Notes: a model not told the origin generated them from the letters alone. A stretch of 64,000 bases of DNA from an uncultured Candidatus Saccharibacteria bacterium (GCA_964446735.1 CAYUQB010000001.1:263826-327825); one strand, 5' to 3'; positions 30,401 to 39,829 are shown, numbered from the stretch's first letter. Numbers and translations: made by a program.

Positions 30401-30587
30401 TATCGTGACGGTGATCGGTATGGTGCCACTCATCTTCGTAAATGCGTTCTGGGCACCGCTTGCGTTTGCGGTGATGGCAGGGCTTGCCTTCTCGCTCCTC
30501 CTTACGCTCGTGCTTATTCCGATCCTCTACTACCGTTGGCCTGGAAAAGCAGTCCGCGAACACTACGAGAAAATGACCGAAGCGTAG
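27465..30587 (+). CDS. RND efflux permease (AcrB/AcrD/AcrF family)
   Basis: 1040 aa; PGASSADVE..IT..IE, GILVDSGIVVVE, GVIINHAIILMD, RLRPILLT. Confidence 0.93.
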   Translation: MTSFWNFFIRKHHFTVFLMIVLVAGGLYAVTTIPKEATPDISIPLGVVTTVLPGASSADVERLITDKIESGVLGVERVSKVTSISTEGVSTVSVEFDASADIDSSIQSLKDAVDKVRSELPDEANDPIVSDVNFADQPVLILAVSGSLAPAELTKLGEDLADELKRVSGVSKVTVSGTRERQVQVIVKEERLRQFDLSLSDVTSALRAAGVASPAGALTVDGIRYAVRFESAVATTDQVARVAVANRGGAPVYVRDIADVVDGLEDASTYSRVSVDGAPAEPSLTLTIFKTRGGNIAATGKAVEHKLKELEDGGMLEGTETVISFNGAEEVDKSLVELTRAGIETVLLVLIILLFTLGWREALVAAASIPLSFLIAFILMLATGNTLNNVSLFALILAIGILVDSGIVVVEAFHTRLLKFGDKYEAARAAIREYAWPLIAGTFTTIVVFVPLFFLSGIVGKFLASIPYTLIFVLIASIFVALGFVPLLAIYFVKASHGTMESRQERYNERAKLWYKNYLHRLLADRKQQTRFIVAMIAGFVIALALPATGLLKSIFFPAADIDYVYVEIEKAQGTELRETDLTVRQVEEVLYANKEIESFVTEVGAGSSFSGDMSGGHAGGSQIANITVNLHKGDHMPSAKFVGVLRKELAHITSAKITVAEPAGGPPTAAPITLIFSGDDLGELSVTAERAAQVLADIPGVVNINASTKNASAEFVVALDSAKASELGVSPLAVADTLRTALFSAEATSIREGKNDIEVRTKLDLNPNYRDPSETTHATIDAVRELTVPGSNGPVPLATIATITYEPSQTAITHEAGRRTTTVTAEMAPGGNAIEATNAFTKQFGDDKLGEGVTMKVGGESEDVGKSFIELFVALIAGAALMLSILILEFNSFRHSLYLLSIIPLSLVGVFAGLTLVGQPLSLTSMLGVIALAGVIINHAIILMDSIARIHREHPEWALETVVVESASTRLRPILLTTIVTVIGMVPLIFVNAFWAPLAFAVMAGLAFSLLLTLVLIPILYYRWPGKAVREHYEKMTEA

Positions 30588-30601
30588 TCCACGGCATATG
30601 C

Positions 30602-30631
30602 TTGACTGGTGAACCTTAGTTCACCTACACT
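30602..30631 (+). promoter_or_regulatory. Promoter TTGACT-18-TACACT whose spacer is a LexA-type operator GGTGAAC-CTTA-GTTCACC
   Basis: Perfect 7-bp inverted repeat at 30608-30625 containing GAAC-N4-GTTC, directly upstream of the lexA-like gene. Confidence 0.85.
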
Positions 30632-30638
30632 GGAGCAT

Positions 30639-31205
30639 ATGCACGACACTTACAAACGCGCCGTTATCGGGTTCTGGCAACGCAAGAAGCGTATGCCCGG
30701 GTACAAAGAGATCATGCAGGCGACCGGACTCGCCTCGAAGAACTCGGTATACAAACTGATCAACCGACTGGTTGAGGAAGGGGTGCTGAAGAAGGATAAG
30801 GAAGGACGACTCTCTCCTGGTCGTGCGCTGGTAGGTGTGCCTCTCCTAGGACTCGTAGAGGCGGGATTCCCTTCTCCTGCTGAGGAGGAGTTGCTTGATG
30901 TGATGGACTTCGATGAGTACCTCACGCCCAATAAAGAGAGTAGCTACATTCTCAAAGTGAAGGGTGAAAGTATGATCGATGCAGGGATCTATCCTGGTGA
31001 TCTTGTTATTGTTGAGCGAAGAACCGCATACAAGCCAGGACAGATCGTAATTGCCTCGGTCGATGGTGAGTACACGATGAAGTATCTCCGAAAGAATGGT
31101 GATCAGTACTATCTTGATCCAGCGAACGCTGCCTATAAACCTATCTACCCCAAGGGGGCATTGAATATAGAAGCGGTGGTGACCGGCGTCGTGCGTAAGT
31201 ACTAA
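30639..31205 (+). CDS. lexA: LexA/UmuD-family autocleaving repressor (wHTH plus S24 peptidase)
   Basis: N-terminal HTH (MPGYKEIM..GLAS..SV), Ala-Gly site VEAGFPSPA, GESM (Ser), TMKYL (Lys). Confidence 0.85.
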   Translation: MHDTYKRAVIGFWQRKKRMPGYKEIMQATGLASKNSVYKLINRLVEEGVLKKDKEGRLSPGRALVGVPLLGLVEAGFPSPAEEELLDVMDFDEYLTPNKESSYILKVKGESMIDAGIYPGDLVIVERRTAYKPGQIVIASVDGEYTMKYLRKNGDQYYLDPANAAYKPIYPKGALNIEAVVTGVVRKY

Positions 31206-31208
31206 CGT

Positions 31209-32546
31209 ATGCCGACAGAAGTGGGATGGGGTCGTCATTATCACTACCCCCGAGCCATCATCCATGTCGATGGTGATTCATTCTTCGCTGCCTGCGAAGT
31301 CGCTAAAAATCCGTGGCTCAAGGGTAAACCGGTGGTGACCGGCAAGGAGCGTGGGATCGTGTCTGCGGCGACCTATGAAGCAAAAGCTCGGGGAGTGGTG
31401 CGTGGTGTCTCGCTCGCTGAGGCACGCCGTGCCTGTCCGGAGCTGATTGTTATCGATTCTGATTACGAGACGTACGGACTCTACTCGCGTCGCATGTACG
31501 CAATTATGCGTCGGTTTACCCCTCTGGTGGAGGAATATGGCATCGATGAGTGTTTCGGTGAGCTTACGGGCCTACGCCGTACGTTCCGTATGAGCTACGA
31601 GGAGCTCGCGCAGGCCATTCAGAAAGATCTCACGCATGAGCTCAATATTACGTTTGGAGTAGGACTCGCACCCAATAAAGTGCTCGCAAAAGTGGGGTCA
31701 AAGTACCGTAAGCCTAATGGCTTCACGGCTATTCCCCTTTCCGATAGAGAGCGGTATCTGGCAGACACTCGCATCGACAAGATCTGGGGTATCGGACCTA
31801 ATACCGCACGGTATCTAAACGGCTATGGAATTCGCACCGCACTCGATTTTGCGAGACGCCGTGAGAGTTGGGTGCGAGAACAGGTCACCGCACCCATTCG
31901 GGATCTGTGGCGAGAACTGAATGGTGAATTTGTACACGAGCTGGTTCTCGAACCGAAAGAAACATATCAATCGATTCAAAAGACTCGTACCTTCCGTCCC
32001 TCTTCAAACGAGACACAGTTTCTTTTGGCACAGCTATCAAAAAACCTCGAGGGAGCGTGCGCTAAGGCACGAACGTTTAGTCTTTCTGCGCGTCGTATTT
32101 CATTCTTTCTTAAATCAGAATCCTTCCGCTATCGAATGTGCGAGGCAACGCTACTGCGTCCCACCAATATCCCTTCCGACATCATGCCGGTTATCGAGCG
32201 GCATATAGCGGGTCTCATGCGGCCAGGTGAGTTGTATCGCACCACCGGTATCACTCTTTCTGACCTCACCGAACATGCAGACCGACAGCCAGATCTGTTC
32301 TCTGACACGGGAGCGCTCGAAGCAAAAGCACGCATATTTGAGAAGGTGGACGAGCTTCGTGAACGCTACGGAAAGCACGCAGTATATCTCGCCTCTTCAA
32401 TGCAAGCGATTGAGCAGCGAACTGATCCTAACGAACACTTTGAATACGGTACGTCTGCATCCGCAGATGCTCATGCACCCCAACGGTTTAGCGGTCGCAC
32501 CATGAAGAAATTGTTTTCCCTGCCGTATTTAGGCGAGGTTGCGTAA
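31209..32546 (+). CDS. dinB: Y-family DNA polymerase (DinB/UmuC-like)
   Basis: HVDGDSFFAACE, AATYEAK..GV, YGIDECF, LAKVGS..KPNG, IWGIG, clamp motif QPDLF. Confidence 0.9.
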   Translation: MPTEVGWGRHYHYPRAIIHVDGDSFFAACEVAKNPWLKGKPVVTGKERGIVSAATYEAKARGVVRGVSLAEARRACPELIVIDSDYETYGLYSRRMYAIMRRFTPLVEEYGIDECFGELTGLRRTFRMSYEELAQAIQKDLTHELNITFGVGLAPNKVLAKVGSKYRKPNGFTAIPLSDRERYLADTRIDKIWGIGPNTARYLNGYGIRTALDFARRRESWVREQVTAPIRDLWRELNGEFVHELVLEPKETYQSIQKTRTFRPSSNETQFLLAQLSKNLEGACAKARTFSLSARRISFFLKSESFRYRMCEATLLRPTNIPSDIMPVIERHIAGLMRPGELYRTTGITLSDLTEHADRQPDLFSDTGALEAKARIFEKVDELRERYGKHAVYLASSMQAIEQRTDPNEHFEYGTSASADAHAPQRFSGRTMKKLFSLPYLGEVA

Positions 32547-32627
32547 GACCTCTTCGTATAGATCGTCTACCTAGATACGTTCGCACGCAGGGTATACCTG
32601 CATTCGATTGATATTTAACGACTACGT

Positions 32628-33506
32628 ATGAAGACACAGATTCTTACCAAAGTAGCAAGCTACACGCTCGCCGGCGTCCTGATGGTAACGCCTCTGGTGG
32701 GGTTTGCGAAAAGTGACGCTTCAGTGCGTGCACATGCACAAGCAACGGTACAGACATCAAGCACAACCGATCCGGGCCAGAACGGGTGTCGCGCATTTGG
32801 CCACTTCATCGCGCCGGGATGGTTGAAGCACCATGTTGCACCCTTGATTCCTGAAGGCTGTGTACTCCCCTTTGGGATCGGCAAGATACTACGAGGTGAT
32901 CGGGGACACAGTACGAGCACGCCGACCGATACTACCGCCCCAACCATCCGCTTTGTTCGCACCAAAGTCACTGACTCAACCGCAACTATCAGCTGGTTCA
33001 CTAACGAACGATCAACCTCGCAGGTAGTGTACGGAACGTCAACGAGCTATGGTGCGCAGTCGGCACCTGAAAGTGCTCGGGTCTTCTTCCATTCTGTGAC
33101 ACTCACGGGCCTTACGGCGTCAACGACCTATCACTTCGCAGTGAAGTCAACGGACGCAGCGGGTAATACCGCAACATCCGCCGATGCGACGTTCACGACC
33201 ACGAACGTAGCTGACACGAGTTCACCGACTATCTCGGCGTTCCTTCTCTCGGCTATCGGTTCTACAACGGCAACCGTGTCGTGGCATACGGACGAGCCCG
33301 CCACGAGTAAGGTGTACTACAGCACCAGCTCTCCGGTTGACCTTCTGTCCGCCTCGTTCGTCTCAAGTGGCGCACTGGTGGCAAATCACAGCGTGAACCT
33401 TACCGGACTTTCGGCAAGCACCACGTATCACGTGGTAGTGCAGTCGAGTGACTCTTCCGGCAACACTGCTACCACATCGGGTACTTCCTTCATCACGCTT
33501 CCGTAA
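32628..33506 (+). CDS. Secreted Thr/Ser-rich protein with two fibronectin type III-like domains
   Basis: Signal peptide; two DT..PTI...ATISW.T.E...S.V.Y...HSV.LTGL.ASTTYH repeats. Confidence 0.8.
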   Translation: MKTQILTKVASYTLAGVLMVTPLVGFAKSDASVRAHAQATVQTSSTTDPGQNGCRAFGHFIAPGWLKHHVAPLIPEGCVLPFGIGKILRGDRGHSTSTPTDTTAPTIRFVRTKVTDSTATISWFTNERSTSQVVYGTSTSYGAQSAPESARVFFHSVTLTGLTASTTYHFAVKSTDAAGNTATSADATFTTTNVADTSSPTISAFLLSAIGSTTATVSWHTDEPATSKVYYSTSSPVDLLSASFVSSGALVANHSVNLTGLSASTTYHVVVQSSDSSGNTATTSGTSFITLP

Positions 33507-33532
33507 CCAATACGGAACGGTGCGAAAACAAG

Positions 33533-33557
33533 CAGCCGCCCCAACGTGGGGCGGCTG
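33533..33557. terminator. Terminator between the FN3 gene and purB
   Basis: CAGCCGCCCCA-acg-TGGGGCGGCTG. Confidence 0.75.
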
Positions 33558-33576
33558 TCGCATAGAAACGCAGGAA

Positions 33577-34977
33577 CTAGGAGCGCACAGCAAGAACCGG
33601 CGCGAGCCCCACATAGGTTTCCGGCGTGAGGGCCAGCATGCGCTGCTTCACCTCCGCAGGTACGAGATCGTCCGGGAGAAGCTGCACGAAGGTGTGCATG
33701 TCGTGGAGCGTGAGATCATCGCGGCCACGCGTGAACCTTTTGAGCGCTCCGTACGGATCGGGGTAGCCGATGTGCCGCAAGAGGGTCTGGTACGCCTCGG
33801 CTAGGATTTCGGGATGGGCGCGGAGCGCTTCCCGGATCTTAGGCTCGTTTGGGACGATCTTGTCGAGACCACGCTTGATGGCTTTGTAAGCGATCAGCGA
33901 ATGACCGAACGCGACGCCGAAGTTGCGTTCCACCGTCGAGTCGGAGAGATCCCGTTGGAGGCGCGACACCGGGAGTTTGCGAGAGAAGAACTCGAACAGG
34001 CAGTTGGCCAGGCCCAGGTTCCCTTCCGCATTCTCGAAGTCGATGGGATTGACCTTGTGCGGCATGATGCTCGAGCCTGCTTCGCCCTCCACAGCCTTCT
34101 GCCCGAGCCAGTGGTCGCTGATGTAGCGCCACAGGTCCTGACAGAGATCGAGAAGGATCGTGTTGGCGCGGATGTAGAGCTGGAAGAGCTCGGCATACGT
34201 GTCATGCGATTCGCTCTGGGTCGTGACCTCGTTGAGCTCGAAGTAGTTGCGCCGCTGGCCCGAATTGAGGTCCTTGACGAACGCGGCACTGAATTCGAGC
34301 CAATCGATGTGCGGCTCCGCGAAGTCGAGGGCGTTGTAGTTGCCCGAGGCGCTGTTGAGCTTCACGGTGATCTTGTACCTCGCAAGAGCGTTGATCACCT
34401 TGGAAAGACGGCGAGCGAAGACGGCGAACTCCTTCCCGAGGGTTGTAGGGGTCGCTTCCTGCCCATGCGTGCGTGCCAACATGGGCACGTTCGCATAGTT
34501 GGAAGCGAACCAGTCGAGAGTTGAACGAATATCCATGAGCTCCTTTCGGAGCACAGTGCTGCCCTTCACGAGCATCAGGGCGTAGGCGATGTTGTTGACG
34601 TCTTCCGACGTCGCGCCGAAGTGGATGCGCTCGACATAGTGACCGAGACCGCAGGCTACGAAGCGGTCGCGAAGATAGAGCTCGCAGGCCTTCACATCGT
34701 GGTTGGTCTTCTTGTGTTCGCCGACTCCCACCGTCTCGATCAAGTGGACCTTGACGACGTCCTTCGACTCGATGTTGGCCATCGCGAGGATGATCGTGCG
34801 GGTGAGCTCCGGAAGCGGCCCGTCGAGCTTTTCGATGATGGCGACCGCGTAGCGCACCATCATGTACAGCCGGTGGCGGATCAGCGCATCTTCGCTGAAG
34901 CACGCAACGAGCGGCTTTACCTTCTGCGCGTACCGCCCGTCGATCGGGCTTACGGCAGTGAGTGCGTGAACGGTCAT
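33577..34977 (-). CDS. purB: Adenylosuccinate lyase
   Basis: LTAVSPIDGRY, TNHDVKA, HFGATSEDVNN, RTHGQ.A.PTT.GKE, GSSIMPHKVNPIDFENAEGN, SRLQRDLSDSTV. Confidence 0.95.
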   Translation of the reverse strand: MTVHALTAVSPIDGRYAQKVKPLVACFSEDALIRHRLYMMVRYAVAIIEKLDGPLPELTRTIILAMANIESKDVVKVHLIETVGVGEHKKTNHDVKACELYLRDRFVACGLGHYVERIHFGATSEDVNNIAYALMLVKGSTVLRKELMDIRSTLDWFASNYANVPMLARTHGQEATPTTLGKEFAVFARRLSKVINALARYKITVKLNSASGNYNALDFAEPHIDWLEFSAAFVKDLNSGQRRNYFELNEVTTQSESHDTYAELFQLYIRANTILLDLCQDLWRYISDHWLGQKAVEGEAGSSIMPHKVNPIDFENAEGNLGLANCLFEFFSRKLPVSRLQRDLSDSTVERNFGVAFGHSLIAYKAIKRGLDKIVPNEPKIREALRAHPEILAEAYQTLLRHIGYPDPYGALKRFTRGRDDLTLHDMHTFVQLLPDDLVPAEVKQRMLALTPETYVGLAPVLAVRS

Positions 34978-35057
34978 GATGGCAGGCTCCAATGTACAGT
35001 TGTTGTTGGACTGCCCGAACCCTATCAAATCCCCGATGCGGGGGCAATGACGAGAAA

Positions 35058-35819
35058 TTACGAAGGGACTGATTGCACGAGTGCACGTACTACCTCGTGG
35101 CACGGACCGTTTGAAGCAATGAAATAGGTTTCGGACATATTCCAGGGTTTTCCATCGTAGGTTGTGACAGTCCCTCCTGCCTCAAGCACAAGGAGCGCGC
35201 CTGCAGCATAGTCCCAGGGTTTAAGCCCAAGTGAGACGAATGCTTCGGTTCCTCCTCGAGATACAAAAGAGAGTTCGCACGCAGCACTCCCTAGTACACG
35301 AGCGGATTTTATGTGTTGATCAGTATTTGCGAAAAGCTTCCTGGTCCGGATGCGTTCATCTTTGCTCATGCCGAATGTGACCATACCATCGTCAGGCGTC
35401 TTATCTGACACGCACACCGGCTTCCCGTTATAGGTCGTTCCCTTTCCTTGCTCTGCCACTGAAAGGGACCGTGTGATGGGGTTGTACACTACGCCGATGA
35501 TAGGTACCTGGTTATGTACCAGCGCTATCGACACGGCAAAAATCGGAATGCCGTTAATGAAGTTCGAAGTTCCATCAAGCGGATCAATGATCCATTGATA
35601 CTCAGAATCTGGATTCGCACTTCCCCCCTCTTCCCCAAGAATGCCGTGCTCGGGGTGATTAGCACGAATGAGTGAAACCACCGCGGCTTCAGCTTCCTTA
35701 TCTGCCTTGGTGACAAAACTAGCGTCATCCTTTACCTCTCGTTCGTAATCGGTAGTTTCAAAATAACGCGAGAGGATTGCACCTGCGGCTTGGGCTGCGT
35801 CGAGAGCGGTAGAAAGCAT
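35058..35819 (-). CDS. Inositol monophosphatase family protein
   Basis: VTKAD..AE, ILGEE, WIIDPLDGTSNF, GSAA, KPWDYAAG. Confidence 0.93.
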   Translation of the reverse strand: MLSTALDAAQAAGAILSRYFETTDYEREVKDDASFVTKADKEAEAAVVSLIRANHPEHGILGEEGGSANPDSEYQWIIDPLDGTSNFINGIPIFAVSIALVHNQVPIIGVVYNPITRSLSVAEQGKGTTYNGKPVCVSDKTPDDGMVTFGMSKDERIRTRKLFANTDQHIKSARVLGSAACELSFVSRGGTEAFVSLGLKPWDYAAGALLVLEAGGTVTTYDGKPWNMSETYFIASNGPCHEVVRALVQSVPS

Positions 35820-35821
35820 GT

Positions 35822-36187
35822 CTAAGAGTAGTGTTGGAGCACTTCCATGAGTTTGGTAATCATCTCATTGGAATCTCTGTACTCGAACCGTTCGTTAACT
35901 GCATTGTCGATTGAAAACGATACGGATGCTGACGCCTCATGCATGGCAATGACCGGAACACCCACGGCATGTGCCCATCCAATTTCAATTCCTACCCCAA
36001 GAGATGGGTGCGAGACCTCCGCGACAAGCACATCGGCGGATGCGACCATCTCTCGCGTAATTTCCTCTATCGGCCCCTCCTGAGGCAAAAGTATTTCGTG
36101 CTCGCCACTAAGGGTTGAGGTACGCAATGGTGCATACAATTTCGCTTTAAAGTCAAAGCTACTTGCGTGTGCCACATATATCTTCAT
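35822..36187 (-). CDS. Nucleoside 2-deoxyribosyltransferase-like protein
   Basis: MKIYVAH, ADVLVAEVS.PSLGVGIEIGWA; TATACT 6 nt before ATG. Confidence 0.8.
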   Translation of the reverse strand: MKIYVAHASSFDFKAKLYAPLRTSTLSGEHEILLPQEGPIEEITREMVASADVLVAEVSHPSLGVGIEIGWAHAVGVPVIAMHEASASVSFSIDNAVNERFEYRDSNEMITKLMEVLQHYS

Positions 36188-36357
36188 ATGGGCAGTATAT
36201 GCCGACCCATAAGGGGTGCAACTAGAGATTAATGGGTCATAAGAAGACTCCGCGAAGCTGAGGTTCGTCCATATCGACGGGAGGGCCACATTCGCAATAA
36301 GCGTCTCTCATTAGACTCGGCCGTAGGGATGAGGGTAACTACAAGGTAAGTGATTAA

Positions 36358-36807
36358 CTAATTGAATGCTTGATACTTTTCGGTTTCAAGAAGTGCTTCA
36401 ATTGCAGCACGAAGTGCATCGACGTCCTCACGGGTAAGTGGTTCGAGCGGCTCCATCATCGCGAATTCCTCACGGGTGCGTGGGAATACCACCGGTGTGC
36501 CGTATGGTTGGCCCACTGCATTTTTAGCACGTCCGTAGAGGTGAATGTGAAGATAGGGCGTCCAATTCCCATTATCTTGGTAATTGATGCGCCCGATATC
36601 TATGCCCCGTTCAGCGAGAACTCGTTTCATTGCCTCTCCTGTCACCATCGTAAGCTTCATCAGTTCACACGCCTCTGATGCAGAAAGCTTCGTTCTATCC
36701 TCCACCTCAGCGATGGGTGCAATAAGTAGATGACCGCCGTCAGTGCGGCTAATGTGCGGTCGCTCGGGGGCGACGATCCTGAAGCGCGCGGACTCGTAGA
36801 CGATCAC
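36358..36807 (-). CDS. HIT family protein
   Basis: GGHLLI.P, INYQDNGN, YLHIHLYGR. Confidence 0.8.
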   Translation of the reverse strand: MIVYESARFRIVAPERPHISRTDGGHLLIAPIAEVEDRTKLSASEACELMKLTMVTGEAMKRVLAERGIDIGRINYQDNGNWTPYLHIHLYGRAKNAVGQPYGTPVVFPRTREEFAMMEPLEPLTREDVDALRAAIEALLETEKYQAFN

Positions 36808-37289
36808 GATGCGTGTGCTGCTGCCTCGAGAGCTGCCACGTCGAGTTTCGACATGGTAAGCATGGCGGCCATGACTCGATTCGCCTTCTCCTTGTCCGGA
36901 TCCGACATAAGTTTTCCGAGTGCTTGTGGCACTACTTGCCAGGAAACCCCAAACTTATCTTTAATCCATCCGCATGGTCCTGGTTGCCCGCCATCGGAGA
37001 ATTTTTCCCAGAAGTAATCGACTTCCGTCTGGTCCACACAATCGATAACGAATGATATAGCCTCGGTGAAGGCAAACTGTGGTCCCCCGTTAAGCGCAAC
37101 AAACTTTTGACCTTCTAGTTCGAATTCCACGGTCATCACGGAACCAGCAGGCCTTCCTGCCACACCTTCGGCAGACTCCGGATAGCGAGCGATAGCGCCA
37201 ATGGTTGAATTTCTAAACATCGACGTGTAGAAGTTTGCAGCTTCCTCTGCCTGGGTATCGAACCAAAGAAAGGGGGTAATTTTTTGCAT
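36804..37289 (-). CDS. VOC family protein (PhnB / 3-demethylubiquinone methyltransferase-like)
   Basis: KITPFLWF..QAEEA..FY, LNGGP, CGWIKDKFGVSWQ. Confidence 0.9.
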   Translation of the reverse strand: MQKITPFLWFDTQAEEAANFYTSMFRNSTIGAIARYPESAEGVAGRPAGSVMTVEFELEGQKFVALNGGPQFAFTEAISFVIDCVDQTEVDYFWEKFSDGGQPGPCGWIKDKFGVSWQVVPQALGKLMSDPDKEKANRVMAAMLTMSKLDVAALEAAAHAS

Positions 37290-37299
37290 GCAAGTAGTA

Positions 37300-37698
37300 T
37301 TAGGCTGACATATCCATACTAGGTTTCAGGATACTCAGCTGATTACCTTCCGGATCCTGAAACTGGGCATACGTGCCCACACCCGGTATTTCCAGTATTT
37401 CTCCGAGTGGTTTGCCGCCCGCAGCTTCTATCTTCTTCAAATGCTCGGCAACGTCATCCACCGCGATGACGACAGAGGGATGCATAGTGCCCATCTGAGG
37501 GGTTTTCTGAAAGATGCCTCCATTAATAATACCGGGCTTGAGGGGTCCCTTCTCGTCCGACTCGGTGGTCATAACGACCACGTAATCGCTCATTTCCGGT
37601 CCGAGCTGGTTGGCTTCCCACCCGAAGACACTGGTGTAGAACTCCTTTGCGCGAATTCGATCTCCGGCGGGTAGCTCAAAGTGAATGACTGGGTTCAT
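37300..37698 (-). CDS. VOC/glyoxalase family protein
   Basis: VIHFELP, FY..VFGW, INGG, FQDPEGN. Confidence 0.9.
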   Translation of the reverse strand: MNPVIHFELPAGDRIRAKEFYTSVFGWEANQLGPEMSDYVVVMTTESDEKGPLKPGIINGGIFQKTPQMGTMHPSVVIAVDDVAEHLKKIEAAGGKPLGEILEIPGVGTYAQFQDPEGNQLSILKPSMDMSA

Positions 37699-37763
37699 GG
37701 CGAGAGTGTGGTTACCAATATGGCTCTAGCATATACCGGGCGTGTATGAAGCGTTAATGTACG

Positions 37764-38318
37764 CTACGCCTGAGCAAGGAGGATTATGAGTAGGATCCCG
37801 AAACTATTAAGTGCGAACGTGAGGAGCATAAACTGCCATTCCTTTATTTTACTTAACCCCATCATGCCGATACCTACCTCATCAGGGAACGGAGAGGCGA
37901 TGATAATCGCACCGATCACCGGAGTGAGCCATACAAAGTATGGACTTTTGAAGAGCGCGAAAACCGGACGTCGCATCAGCTCATTAATGAGCGGGGTGAA
38001 CTCCTCAAAAAGCTTATCCTTAAAGAATCTGAAGATGAGCACGTCCCCTATCACGCCACCTGCACCCGCGGTCAGAGCAATGAAGATTGCATCGTATTCT
38101 TGAGCAAGGTGGAAAAGTACGAGTGACGCGGGAGCGACAGTGAATGTTGAAACGAAGAAAATACCGGTCAGAAACGACCCGAGATAGCCATACGTTCCGA
38201 TGTGTCTAATGAACGCATGTACTACAGGAGTATCGGCAAGAAGAACGAGAAGGAGAATGCTAAGGATGAGAAGGGTCGTATTTTGATACGCCCATTTCTT
38301 CTGACGTGAATGTGCCAT
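37764..38318 (-). CDS. Hypothetical membrane protein
   Basis: Multiple TM helices, GIFFVSTFT.AP, IIASPFPDEVG. Confidence 0.75.
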   Translation of the reverse strand: MAHSRQKKWAYQNTTLLILSILLLVLLADTPVVHAFIRHIGTYGYLGSFLTGIFFVSTFTVAPASLVLFHLAQEYDAIFIALTAGAGGVIGDVLIFRFFKDKLFEEFTPLINELMRRPVFALFKSPYFVWLTPVIGAIIIASPFPDEVGIGMMGLSKIKEWQFMLLTFALNSFGILLIILLAQA

Positions 38319-38510
38319 GCTGCGTATGAAGAAGTGTATCAGGTCCAGACAGTCTTAGTCCCTGAGCTACAAAGCTAGGATTTATGATCATTGGTTATCT
38401 GGAGCATCAAATAACCCTACTCATCATCTGTAATGAATTGAACTCCCTCCCGTCTTCTATACGCGACACCGTAGTAGACTGCTAAGGTAGCTTAATAAAT
38501 AGTACATACC

Positions 38511-39182
38511 ATGAAGAAAACACTCCTTGTTCTCTTGCTCGCTGCTCTGTTCTCTGCTCCTGCAGCATATGCACAGGGTCTCAATACAGACGTACAAGTA
38601 ACTGTTACTGCCACCAGTACCGGTAGCACGGTCTCCAATGAACGCCGGAACGAAAACGGTCAGGCAAGCTCGTCTAATAATGCACGTGCAACTAGCTCGG
38701 TTAAATCAAACAACGGCAAAGCTTCAACCACCGCAACTGTTTCCGGTAACCTGACAGCTGAGGCTCACCGAAGTGCTGTAGCCACATTCGTGCAATCTCT
38801 TCGGACCACTGCAGACCGCGATGGAGGCATTGGTATGGAAGTTCGTGCCGTCGCACAGTCACAGAGTGACGCGGCTTCTACTACAGCCGATGCGATGACG
38901 AAGATTGAAAATCGCAGCAAGGTGGTCTCATTCTTTCTCGGCACCGATTGGAAGAGTGTGGGCGCCATACGAAGTGCAATTGCACAGAATAACGCTGATG
39001 TAAGGAGTCTTGAGAAAGCAGCTGCTCTTGCAACTGACCCTTCGGTACGCGCCGAACTCGAGTCCGAGATCGAAACCCTCCAGGGCACACGCGTGGCACT
39101 TGAAGGCTTCGTCACATCTCATGAGGAGAAGTTCAGTCTTCTCGGATGGTTCACGAAACTATTTGTAAAGACTGGGGTATAG
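38511..39182 (+). CDS. Secreted hypothetical protein
   Basis: Signal peptide ending AYA; helical C-terminal part. Confidence 0.75.
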   Translation: MKKTLLVLLLAALFSAPAAYAQGLNTDVQVTVTATSTGSTVSNERRNENGQASSSNNARATSSVKSNNGKASTTATVSGNLTAEAHRSAVATFVQSLRTTADRDGGIGMEVRAVAQSQSDAASTTADAMTKIENRSKVVSFFLGTDWKSVGAIRSAIAQNNADVRSLEKAAALATDPSVRAELESEIETLQGTRVALEGFVTSHEEKFSLLGWFTKLFVKTGV

Positions 39183-39193
39183 TCTGGCATTTA

Positions 39194-39231
39194 TAAAGAA
39201 AGGCCGACTTTATAAAGTCGGCCTTTCTTTA
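39194..39231. terminator. Perfect 38-bp palindrome, bidirectional terminator
   Basis: TAAAGAAAGGCCGACTTTATAAAGTCGGCCTTTCTTTA between convergent genes. Confidence 0.8.
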
Positions 39232-39292
39232 ATTTATTGGTCTAAGGCAGCGTTCTAACTTGTGTTGAAACTCTTCTGTGCTACCTGCCTTA

Positions 39293-39817
39293 CTAGAATT
39301 TAGCTAACTGCTTCTCCAATTCCTGCTCTATCACTTCACTATCAATATCCGTAAGCATGTCTTTGAGGTCTTCATCTTTGGACACATCAATACCATTTCG
39401 CTCCAGAAGAAGGGTGAGGAGATACATGACCTTTGTGATCTCATCTTCGGCATAGGTATTTATGTAGAGTTCAACCTCTTCACGTAGCTCAGCAATGCGT
39501 GCTTCACGGTTCTGGGAAATAAGAACAACTATTGCAAGGAAGATTGCTTCGAGTGACACCACCATCGTAAGGAGTCCAAAAGGAAACGGATCGATTGGTG
39601 TCATACCAGGAATGTATCCGGTATTCCATGTAATCCACGCTACAAAGAAAACCATATTGAGTATGAGGAAGAACACCGTTCCGAAGGACGCGGTGAGAAG
39701 ATCAGCAACTTTATCGGAAAGCGAACGTTTATCGTTCGCCTTGGCTTTAAAGCTACGAATGGTATTCCTTCGCTCAGCAGCAGCTTGAGCAAGTTTGGCC
39801 GTTGGCTTTCGAGTCAT
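39293..39817 (-). CDS. DUF1003 domain membrane protein
   Basis: DPFPFGLLTMVVSLEAIFL...VLISQNR. Confidence 0.88.
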   Translation of the reverse strand: MTRKPTAKLAQAAAERRNTIRSFKAKANDKRSLSDKVADLLTASFGTVFFLILNMVFFVAWITWNTGYIPGMTPIDPFPFGLLTMVVSLEAIFLAIVVLISQNREARIAELREEVELYINTYAEDEITKVMYLLTLLLERNGIDVSKDEDLKDMLTDIDSEVIEQELEKQLAKF

Positions 39818-39829
39818 AGAGAGCTGCCG

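Noticed and set aside
33814-35127. Long antisense and alternative-frame ORFs over purB
   Set aside because: Shadow ORFs of a high-GC3 gene.
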